Shown here: positions 29,685 through 38,084 of the stretch, one piece after another
How the letters are laid out: every line of letters starts with the position of its first letter
How positions within the stretch are numbered: the stretch's first letter is position 1
Source: a virus
Virus record (IMG/VR): IMGVR_UViG_3300032087_002755
Strand: one strand, 5' to 3'
Length of the DNA: 64,000 nt
Notes under the pieces: model-generated
What the model saw: the letters and a program-made list of their open reading frames with translations, nothing else
What the model was told of the DNA's origin: nothing
Database searches by the model: none
Translations under genes and position numbers: made by a program

Positions 29685-31250
29685 ATGGCAACAGTAATTC
29701 AAATCAAAAGAAGTACAGGCCTTTCAGCTCCAACAGTCTCAGACTTATCGGAAGGTGAATTAGCGTATGTACAGGATAGAGCGAATTCAGGTGCTAGTGC
29801 AAAACTCTTTATTGAATCAGTAGATTCAGACAATTCAACTCCTTTAATACAAGCCATCGGTGGTAAGTATTATACGGATATATTGGCTGGAACTTCTGCA
29901 ACCCCTGCTGACTTAAAAGTCGGTAATGGTTCCACTTCAGGTGGTTCATTAAAGTTAATGGAAGATTCAGACAACGGTGTACATTCCGTTGCTTTGAAAG
30001 CTCCCGATTCATTAGCAGCAGACTTAGCTTTCGTATTACCTTCAACAGACGGTAGTGCAAACCAAGTTATGGCAACAGACGGTTCAGGAAACCTATCTTT
30101 TGTCTCAACAACATCTTCATTAGCAGGTGCGTCGGATACTGATATCAATACTCCTTCAACAGGACAAATACTTGTCCATGACGGAACTGATTCATTTGAC
30201 AACGTATCAATGAGTGGTGATGTAACAATGAACTCATCAGGTGTCACTGTAATAGGTGCTGGAACTGTTGAATTCGCAATGTTAGATGGTGCGGTAGTCC
30301 AAACTTCAGGGGAAACTTTCTCTGATGATGACGTATCATTAATGACATCTGCAGCTATCTTGGATAAAATCCAAGCAACTGCAACTTTAGAAGACTTAGA
30401 TTTCTCAGACGGTTCCAACAGTGGTTCAGTCGATTTAGATTCACAATCATTAACGATTGCTGGAACAACTAACGAAATCGAAACTTCTGCTTCAGGACAA
30501 ACTTTAACAGTAGGTTTACCTAGTAACGTAACAATCGGAAACGATTTAACAGTTACAAATGACTTGACAGTTTCAGGTGTCTTAAACTCAGATGACATCA
30601 CTGCAACAACAATGACTGCTTCAGGAAACGTTGTTGTAACTGGAAACTTAACAGTTAACGGAACTACTACAACTGTAAACTCAACAACTACATCAGTTGC
30701 TGACCCAGTATTTGAAATCGGTGATGATGCTTCAGACGATAACCTTGATAGAGGTTTGAAATTTAAGTATAACTCAGGTGGTGCAAAAGTAGGTTTCTTC
30801 GGTTACGATGATACAGACGCTGCATTTACATTTATACCTGATGCAACTGATTCATCTTCAACATTCTCGGGTACAGCTGGTAATGTTAAATTTGGTGGTT
30901 TAGCTCTTACAGGTTCTATTACTTCAGTAGACGGTGCAGCTCCAACAGCTGGACAAGTCTTAATTGGTAATGGTTCTAATGGAGACATGGAACTTGCAAC
31001 TTTAACTGCTGGTGAAGGACTTGATGTCACAAATGCTGACGGAAGTATAACACTTTCAGCTGAAGACGCAACAGATGCAAACAAAGGTATTGCTTCATTC
31101 TCTGCTTCTTACTACACAGTGACTAGTGGTGATGTTGCTATCAACGATGCAACTACATCAAGTAAAGGTATAGCTTCATTCGACTCAAGTAATTTTACAC
31201 TCACTTCAGGTGACGTTGCAATTACAGCTATTGATGGTGGAACATTTTAA
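29685..31250 (+). CDS. Fibre protein (IQIKRS/GELA N-terminal domain, ends DGGTF)
   Basis: MATVIQIKRS...L.EGELAY, LPSTDGS.NQV..TDGSG.LSF, GNLTVNGTTTTVNSTT, KGIASF repeats. Confidence 0.8.
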   Translation: MATVIQIKRSTGLSAPTVSDLSEGELAYVQDRANSGASAKLFIESVDSDNSTPLIQAIGGKYYTDILAGTSATPADLKVGNGSTSGGSLKLMEDSDNGVHSVALKAPDSLAADLAFVLPSTDGSANQVMATDGSGNLSFVSTTSSLAGASDTDINTPSTGQILVHDGTDSFDNVSMSGDVTMNSSGVTVIGAGTVEFAMLDGAVVQTSGETFSDDDVSLMTSAAILDKIQATATLEDLDFSDGSNSGSVDLDSQSLTIAGTTNEIETSASGQTLTVGLPSNVTIGNDLTVTNDLTVSGVLNSDDITATTMTASGNVVVTGNLTVNGTTTTVNSTTTSVADPVFEIGDDASDDNLDRGLKFKYNSGGAKVGFFGYDDTDAAFTFIPDATDSSSTFSGTAGNVKFGGLALTGSITSVDGAAPTAGQVLIGNGSNGDMELATLTAGEGLDVTNADGSITLSAEDATDANKGIASFSASYYTVTSGDVAINDATTSSKGIASFDSSNFTLTSGDVAITAIDGGTF

Positions 31251-31285
31251 TAATAGTTAAATCAATCAATCAATAGGAGAGTCAA

Positions 31286-32407
31286 ATGGCAACTGTAATT
31301 ACATTTAAAAAGAGTTCTACTCAGAATGCAGTCCCTACTACTAGTGATTTAGTAGTCGGTGAATTAGCACTAAACACTTACCACGGTAGGGTTTATACTG
31401 AGAAGAATGATGGTTCGGCTGCCGTTGTAGAGGTAGGGTCAATCCCAGCCTCTTTGACAATTAATGATGCTATAACTTTCCCAACTAGTGATGGAACATC
31501 AGGACAAGTATTACAAACAGACGGAAGTGGTTCACTTTCTTTTGCAGACTCCGCGTCAGCAGGAGATAACCTATACACTTTTACTGTTACTTCTAACCAA
31601 ACAGTGTTCTCAGGAACAGATGATGACGGACAAACATTGTCCTATTCAATTGGTGACGAACAAGTATTCTTGAACGGTGTCTTATTAGTAGATGGGGGTG
31701 CTGACTATGCAACAACTAACACTTCAACAATCACATTACAAGCAAATGCTGTAAGTGGTGACGTATTAGTAGTTAGAACGCCTGGTTCTGCGTCAAGTTC
31801 TGCTTCCACAGGAAGTTCAGATTTGACAACAACAGATTCAAACCAAGTGTTATTGTCAGTTCCACTTGCAAATAGAGCGGTGAAAATCAATCTAGTTGCA
31901 ACCCACGCAAGTGCGGGTAATCACTTTGCAGAAGTCGTTTTAGTAAATGACGGAAGTAATTCTTATATCTCACAATTTGCAGACACATTTACGAATGCAA
32001 GTCTGTTCTCACTTTCTACTGATATCAGTGGTGGTGACATGAGATTGTTAATTACTCCAGCAAATACTAATACAAGTGTATCCAGTTCATATATTAAACT
32101 TCCAGCTGCTGGAAATTCTACAACATTCTCTGCTACTACAGCAGACCAAGTGTTGTCTAGTGTTTCAACAGGAATTAAGGGAGTTAAATTTGAATTAGTC
32201 GCAACTCATGCGAGTGCGGGTTCACATTTTGCAGAGGTGACATTAACTAACGATGGTTCAGACGCATACTTCGTCCAATTTGGAGACGTATACACAAATG
32301 CATCATTGTTTACATTAAGTGCAGACGTATCAGGAAGCTCACAGAGACTTCTGATTACACCTGCGAATACTAACACAACTGTTTCAGTTAAGAAAACAAC
32401 ATTGTAA
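31286..32407 (+). CDS. Fibre-associated protein with IxKKS/GELA N-terminus and duplicated C-terminal domain
   Basis: Two copies of LVATHASAG.HFAEV.L.NDGS..Y..QF.D..TNASLF.LS.D.SG...RLLITPANTNT. Confidence 0.75.
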   Translation: MATVITFKKSSTQNAVPTTSDLVVGELALNTYHGRVYTEKNDGSAAVVEVGSIPASLTINDAITFPTSDGTSGQVLQTDGSGSLSFADSASAGDNLYTFTVTSNQTVFSGTDDDGQTLSYSIGDEQVFLNGVLLVDGGADYATTNTSTITLQANAVSGDVLVVRTPGSASSSASTGSSDLTTTDSNQVLLSVPLANRAVKINLVATHASAGNHFAEVVLVNDGSNSYISQFADTFTNASLFSLSTDISGGDMRLLITPANTNTSVSSSYIKLPAAGNSTTFSATTADQVLSSVSTGIKGVKFELVATHASAGSHFAEVTLTNDGSDAYFVQFGDVYTNASLFTLSADVSGSSQRLLITPANTNTTVSVKKTTL

Positions 32408-32419
32408 GGAGAATAGAAA

Positions 32420-32830
32420 ATGGCTAAAACAAATGCTTTTAAAATTGCTGAGTTAATCCGTGCTATCACTTTTGATGTTGCGAATGATGAAATAGTCACA
32501 ACTAAAGCCATACAGTCTAAGAATAAACAGACTGGTGGAACAACATATACTGCAACAACAGAAGTTGCACTCGATACATTTGCTCACGCATCGTATAGAG
32601 CTGCAAGATACGTTATTGCAATGGACGAGGGAACAAACTTCCACTCAACCGAAATTATGTTAGTTCACGATGGTTCTACAGTAACTATGACTTCATATGG
32701 AACGTTGAAAGACACCAATCTTGCAACTTTTGATGCAGATATTAGTGGTGATAATGTAAGGTTGTTAATAACACCTGCGAGTGCAAATAGCACAATCGTT
32801 AAATTTGATAGAACAGTGGTAGACGCTTAA
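32420..32830 (+). CDS. Small fibre-associated protein, homologous to duplicated domain of 31286
   Basis: H.TEI...HDG...YG...F.ADISG..VRLLITPA. Confidence 0.7.
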   Translation: MAKTNAFKIAELIRAITFDVANDEIVTTKAIQSKNKQTGGTTYTATTEVALDTFAHASYRAARYVIAMDEGTNFHSTEIMLVHDGSTVTMTSYGTLKDTNLATFDADISGDNVRLLITPASANSTIVKFDRTVVDA

Positions 32831-32853
32831 ATCTAATAAAAGAAAATCTTTTT

Positions 32854-32880
32854 AGGGGAACTTCGGTTCCCCTTTTTTTT
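32854..32880 (+). terminator. Rho-independent terminator
   Basis: AGGGGAAC-TTCG-GTTCCCCT + T-tract. Confidence 0.9.
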
Positions 32881-32930
32881 GGCTTGAAAAAAACCATAAA
32901 TAGATTTAGACAAATATAAATGAGTATTTT

Positions 32931-35405
32931 ATGGCAACTAATTCGAAATTCAGTGCTGATTTAGGTATACAAACCGATGCAGATTTACAAGTAGACGGAA
33001 ACGTCACTGTATCAGGCAACCTAACAGTCAACGGAACCCAAACAACAGTTAATTCCACTACAACTTCAGTGGAAGATTCAATGTTGGAGCTTGCAAATGC
33101 AAACTTATCTTCAGACACTTTAGATATTGGTATTTACGGAAACTATGATGACGGATTGGGTGACGGAGTATCAGAGTATACTGGTTTCTTTAGAGATGCA
33201 TCAGACTCAACTTGGAAATTATTTGACGGATTAGAAGCAGAACCTACAACTACAGTCAATACTAGTGGGACAGGTTATACACTTGCAGACTTACAGGTGG
33301 GTGACTTAACTGCAACTACTTTGACTGCAACCAACGCCCTTACAGGGTCTTCTATCACCTATCCTACTTCAGACGGAACAAACGGACAAGTTTTAAAAAC
33401 AAATGGAAGTGGTGTTTTATCATTCGGTGATATCCCAGCAGGATATACTGATTCAGACGCTAGAAGTGCAATAAGTGTTAGTGGAAATCTTGCATATGAT
33501 AGTTCAACTGGTGTCATTTCGTATACTGAACCAACCATGTATGCAGACTCGGACGCTAGAAGTGCAATAAGTGTTAGTGGAAATCTTGCATATAATAGTT
33601 CAACGGGTGTTATATCTTACTCAGAACCTACAATGTATGCAGACTCAGACGCTAGAAGTGCAATAAGTGCTGGAACTGGAATATCATATGACAGTTCAAC
33701 TGGAGTAATAACAAATACAGTTTCAAATACTGATACAACATATAGTGCTGGAACTGGATTAACTTTAACAGGAACAACATTCAGTAATAATATAACTCAA
33801 TATACTGATTCAGATGTTGGAACATATCTTTCTTCAAACGGATATGCAACACAATCTACTATAGTTGCAGCGATTACCGATTCAGCACCAGCAACATTAG
33901 ATACTCTAAATGAACTTGCAGCTGCACTAGGTGATGATGCAAACTTTAGTACAACAGTAACAAATAGTATTGCACTTAAAGCTCCATTAGCAAGTCCTGT
34001 ATTTTCGGGTACTGTAGACATGGGTACTTTTGGAAATAGAACAAGAGCTTTTGAAGCATACGGAAGCAATGTTTTATTTGATGGTGGTAGTGATAAAATA
34101 GATTTAATCATTGGTGATGGTTCATCAGCTTATATGTCTATTCAGACAACTGATACTGCTAGTGCCATGAACATTCGTGATTACTCAGGAAATGCAGATT
34201 TGGTTACGATTGAAAGAGCCACAGGCAATGTCGGTGTAGGCACAAATGCTCCTGACGATTTGCTTCATGTTTTTGCAGGAGATTCTACAGCTACACCACA
34301 TAGTATCTCAGCATTCAATATTGAAAGTGCTTCAGATGTTGCAATGAATTTCCTAACTCCAAATACATCTCAAGCACAAATAAGATTTGCAGACCCACAA
34401 GACGATGGAAAGGGCATTATTGGTTATGACCATAGTAGTGATTATATGTTCTTCTCAACCAATGGGCCTGAGAGATTGCGTCTTACAAGTAGTGGTGACA
34501 TGCATCTTGGGGCATCTGATTCGGATGTGTTCTTCTATCTAGGTTCAAATGGTGGATTAACTGGTGGTAATTCATCTCATAATATGAGAGCATCAGGAAA
34601 TCAATTAATGTTCAACGCAGGTGGTGCTTCAAGTTCTTTTGTATATGAAGTAAATGGTTCACAAAAAATGAACCTTGCATCTGATGGTAAACTTAATGTT
34701 ATACCTTCATCAGCAACAGATAATTATGGAATGACAATAATTACAGGAAATAGTGCTGATACTGGAATAAAGATAGGTAGAAGTGGTGCAAATAATGCTA
34801 TGTTTGGTTTAGCAGTTGTTTCAAATGGAACCAATAGTATCGGTAGATTACAGTTTGACGGAGATGGTGATGTAGCTTTTGGTGATGCAGCTAATATAGA
34901 ATTGAGAGATGGTAATCTTGTAAGAATACAGTCTGCATTTTCAAATGATACATATGCAACTAACAGAGCTGTGTATGCAGAAGACCAAGGTGAACTTGGA
35001 TACAATGCATCTGTAAGAGCATCAAAAACAAATATTACAGATGTCGATGATGTTAGTTGGTTATATAATCTAAATGCAAAGACATTCAATAAACGCAAAA
35101 AAATTCAAGGTGAAAAACAATCAGATGGAACATATTCTTACTCCTATAGTGATACTGAACATAGTGGTATAACGGAATATGGTTTTATTGCAGAGGATTT
35201 AGAAGCATTAGCACCTGAACTTTGTTTCTATGGATATACAAGAGATGTTGATGCAGACGGAAACGAGTTAGATACCTTTACAAAAGGTGAATTACAAGGT
35301 ATTCATTACGAATCTATGGTTGCACCTATGTTAAAACTCATACAAAATCAGAAAGACGAAATAGATGCACTAGAAGTCCGTATTGCAACACTAGAATCTG
35401 AATAA
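32931..35405 (+). CDS. Tail fibre with C-terminal intramolecular chaperone (peptidase S74-like)
   Basis: SAPATLDTLNELAAALGDDANF, GNVGVGT.AP...LHV, S.R..K.NI, YGFIAEDL...PEL, terminal coiled coil. Confidence 0.82.
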   Translation: MATNSKFSADLGIQTDADLQVDGNVTVSGNLTVNGTQTTVNSTTTSVEDSMLELANANLSSDTLDIGIYGNYDDGLGDGVSEYTGFFRDASDSTWKLFDGLEAEPTTTVNTSGTGYTLADLQVGDLTATTLTATNALTGSSITYPTSDGTNGQVLKTNGSGVLSFGDIPAGYTDSDARSAISVSGNLAYDSSTGVISYTEPTMYADSDARSAISVSGNLAYNSSTGVISYSEPTMYADSDARSAISAGTGISYDSSTGVITNTVSNTDTTYSAGTGLTLTGTTFSNNITQYTDSDVGTYLSSNGYATQSTIVAAITDSAPATLDTLNELAAALGDDANFSTTVTNSIALKAPLASPVFSGTVDMGTFGNRTRAFEAYGSNVLFDGGSDKIDLIIGDGSSAYMSIQTTDTASAMNIRDYSGNADLVTIERATGNVGVGTNAPDDLLHVFAGDSTATPHSISAFNIESASDVAMNFLTPNTSQAQIRFADPQDDGKGIIGYDHSSDYMFFSTNGPERLRLTSSGDMHLGASDSDVFFYLGSNGGLTGGNSSHNMRASGNQLMFNAGGASSSFVYEVNGSQKMNLASDGKLNVIPSSATDNYGMTIITGNSADTGIKIGRSGANNAMFGLAVVSNGTNSIGRLQFDGDGDVAFGDAANIELRDGNLVRIQSAFSNDTYATNRAVYAEDQGELGYNASVRASKTNITDVDDVSWLYNLNAKTFNKRKKIQGEKQSDGTYSYSYSDTEHSGITEYGFIAEDLEALAPELCFYGYTRDVDADGNELDTFTKGELQGIHYESMVAPMLKLIQNQKDEIDALEVRIATLESE
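33444..33710 (+). repeat. ~3 tandem 96-nt coding repeats (Y.DSDARSAIS.SGNLAY.SSTGVISY.EPTM)
   Basis: gacgctagaagtgcaataagtg recurs with 96-nt period. Confidence 0.85.
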
Positions 35406-35461
35406 ATTTTAAATTAATTTCAATAAACCCATCTTTCTTACTCTATTAGGGAGTGAGACTT

Positions 35462-35469
35462 TATAAATA
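35462..35469 (+). promoter_or_regulatory. Late promoter TATAAATA
   Basis: Exact consensus, intergenic. Confidence 0.75.
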
Positions 35470-35505
35470 TTCAGGTAAATATCAAAAGTTAGGAGATTCC
35501 ACTCA

Positions 35506-35766
35506 ATGGCAACACAAAATACATTCGTAATTGAGTATGGTTTAACAGTAGGTACTACTGAAATCATATCAAGTGCTGGTAAACTTGCTGCATCAGCATT
35601 ATCTTTATTAGATACAGATAATCTTGCAGAAGGGTCAGTGAATCAATACTTTTCAAACTCTCTCGCAAGGGGTGCTATATCACTTGCGTCAGGTGAAACA
35701 AATTTAAGTTATAATTCATCAAATGGTGAATTATCATTACCACAATTAGATGGAGGAACATTCTAA
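35506..35766 (+). CDS. Short fibre linker ending DGGTF
   Basis: F.IE.GL.VG N-terminus, TDNLAEGS.N.YF, C-terminal LDGGTF. Confidence 0.7.
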   Translation: MATQNTFVIEYGLTVGTTEIISSAGKLAASALSLLDTDNLAEGSVNQYFSNSLARGAISLASGETNLSYNSSNGELSLPQLDGGTF

Positions 35767-37367
35767 TGACAGCTAAGAATTTTAATATCAAAAATGGTTT
35801 ATCCATTGGTGGTGTAGAGGTAATCGACTCCAGTGGTAATATTGCCGCAGGTGGAGTAGGTGCAGCGGTTCAAGAAGCAATCGCAGACAAAATCGGTTCG
35901 ATAATTCAAGGGTCAGGTTCAACAACCGTGACTTATGATGACGATGCTGATACAATTACAATCTCATCAACAGGAAAAACTGAAGAAGAAATACAAGATA
36001 TCATTGGTGCTGCTTTAGCAACTAATGGTACACATACTGGTTTATCAGTCGCATATGACGATGCTGGTGATGGTGCAATAGACATAACTGTAAGTCTTTC
36101 TTCATTCGATACAGATGCATTATCAGAAGGAAGTTCAAACCTTTATTATACAGATACAAGAGCAGACGCAAGAATTTCAAATGCAATACTAGATTCAGAT
36201 ACATTTACTGGTGCGTTATCTACTAACGTTCCTTCTGCTGAATCAACAAAAGCATATGTTGATGCACAAACAACAGACGAAACTGCAGAGGGGTCAACAA
36301 ACCTCTATTTTACAGATGCACGTGTGATGACTTCACTAGCAACTGTAGATGCACATATTGTACCAACTACAGACGTAACATACGACTTAGGTTCTTCTTC
36401 AAAACAATGGAGAGATATCTATGTCGGGCCAGGTTCATTATATGTTAATGGACAACAAGTGGTTTCAGACAACTCAGGAACAATTACTGTTTCTGCTGAT
36501 TCAGACCAAAATGTTAGTGTTCAAACAAGTGGTTCGGGTGATATCGAATTAGATGCAACTGGAACAGGTAATGTCCAAATTAAATCACCTATGCAGATAC
36601 AAGCTTCAAATGCTATATCTTCATCAGACGGAAATGCAATTCAATTCTCAAACTCAATTGACGTAGATGCAATCGAGTCAAGAAGTACAGACACTAACTT
36701 AGTGTTGACAGGAAATGGAACAGGTAATGTTACAATTAATGACTCTTTAGCAGTCACAGGTGACCTAACAGTTTCAGGAACTACAACAACTGTAAACTCA
36801 GAAACAATTTCACTTGCAGATAACATTATTGCATTAAACAGTAATTTCACTTCAGGTTCACCAACAGAAGACACTGGTATCAGTGTAACTCGTGGTGGTT
36901 CTGCTGCTAAGACACTTCTTTGGGACGAAACAAATGACAAATGGACAGTAGGTTCAGAAACTTTTGTTGCAGCCACTTTTGAAGGTGCATTAACAGGTAA
37001 TGTTACAGGAACAGTTTCAGGAAATGCTGGTTCAGCAACAATCTTAGAGTCAGCAAGAACAATTAGTTTAGGTGGTGACCTTTCGGGTTCTGCTTCATTC
37101 AATGGTTCTGCAGATATTTCAATCTCAGCAACAATTGCAGACGATTCTCATAATCACGTAATATCAAATGTAGACGGATTACAAACTGCATTAGATACAA
37201 AATATGAGAGTGGAGATAACGTATCATTAGGAACTATAGCTTCAGGTGCAATTACAATCACCAATGCAACGAATGCTGGTGGAACTGCAAGAAATATGTA
37301 CCAATCAACATCAGCTCCTGCTTCAGGTGATGGTGCAGTTGGTGATATGTGGATTCTTTACTCCTAA
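35766..37367 (+). CDS. Fibre protein 2 (C-terminal SAP...GDMW motif)
   Basis: NFNIKNGL.IG, TD.L.EGS.NLY, YDLGSSSKQWRDIY, ARTISLGGDLSGSASFNGSADI, HNH.IS.V.GLQ.ALD. Confidence 0.8.
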   Translation: MTAKNFNIKNGLSIGGVEVIDSSGNIAAGGVGAAVQEAIADKIGSIIQGSGSTTVTYDDDADTITISSTGKTEEEIQDIIGAALATNGTHTGLSVAYDDAGDGAIDITVSLSSFDTDALSEGSSNLYYTDTRADARISNAILDSDTFTGALSTNVPSAESTKAYVDAQTTDETAEGSTNLYFTDARVMTSLATVDAHIVPTTDVTYDLGSSSKQWRDIYVGPGSLYVNGQQVVSDNSGTITVSADSDQNVSVQTSGSGDIELDATGTGNVQIKSPMQIQASNAISSSDGNAIQFSNSIDVDAIESRSTDTNLVLTGNGTGNVTINDSLAVTGDLTVSGTTTTVNSETISLADNIIALNSNFTSGSPTEDTGISVTRGGSAAKTLLWDETNDKWTVGSETFVAATFEGALTGNVTGTVSGNAGSATILESARTISLGGDLSGSASFNGSADISISATIADDSHNHVISNVDGLQTALDTKYESGDNVSLGTIASGAITITNATNAGGTARNMYQSTSAPASGDGAVGDMWILYS

Positions 37368-37386
37368 TACGGGGTAAAGTGTTGCA

Positions 37387-37394
37387 CATAAATA
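37387..37394 (+). promoter_or_regulatory. Late promoter variant CATAAATA driving the A/B repeat-gene pair
   Basis: One mismatch to consensus; same variant at 32895, 43470, 6490 and on minus strand at 3832-3839. Confidence 0.6.
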
Positions 37395-37420
37395 ATAGTA
37401 TGTTAACGGAGACAATATAA

Positions 37421-38074
37421 ATGGCTACAGGATTCTTTCAACAACCTAATTCGGGGTCAGCACAAACGGCGGTTAATGCACAAACACCGTTCACTTATAA
37501 TGCTAGATATCCAGCAAGTGCTCAGCAACCGTATACGTTCCAATCACCATTTACATATAGTGCAAGATATCCTGCGAATGCTCAACAACCGTTTACGTTC
37601 CAGTCACCATTTACATATAGGGTGCCTTATATTGCTAATGCAAGACAACCAGTAATTTATAGAAACCCATTTACATATAGGGTTCCATATATTGCAAATG
37701 CTAGACAACCAGTAATCTATCAACATAGGTCTCCTTTCACTTATAGAAATCCTGTATCTGCACAAGAACCTAATATCAGAAATGCACAAACACCTTTCAC
37801 TTACAGAAACCCAGTGAATGGTCAAGAACCTAACATTAGAAACGCACAAACACCTTTCACTTATAGAAACCCAGTGAATGGTCAAGAACCTAATATTAGA
37901 AATGCACAAACACCGTTTACGTATCAGAATAGACAACCATTTACGTATCAGAACAGACAACCGTTCACATATCAGAATAGACAACCTTCTACATATGCGA
38001 CACAAGGTAGAACGCCAGAAGCGAGATGGGACGGAGTAGTAACACAGCAGTGGCCTGCTCAACCAATAACATAG
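37421..38074 (+). CDS. Pro-punctuated repeat protein, strand A of predicted antiparallel heterodimer
   Basis: 27 units of 6/8/10 aa, residues 10-199; 60-nt and 24-nt DNA tandem repeats. Confidence 0.8.
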   Translation: MATGFFQQPNSGSAQTAVNAQTPFTYNARYPASAQQPYTFQSPFTYSARYPANAQQPFTFQSPFTYRVPYIANARQPVIYRNPFTYRVPYIANARQPVIYQHRSPFTYRNPVSAQEPNIRNAQTPFTYRNPVNGQEPNIRNAQTPFTYRNPVNGQEPNIRNAQTPFTYQNRQPFTYQNRQPFTYQNRQPSTYATQGRTPEARWDGVVTQQWPAQPIT

Positions 38075-38084
38075 GAATAAGATA

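Noticed and set aside
9666-37102. Numerous antisense ORFs inside structural genes (e.g. 19691-, 25325-, 29870-)
   Set aside because: Antisense shadows of strongly biased coding sequence; no recognisable motifs
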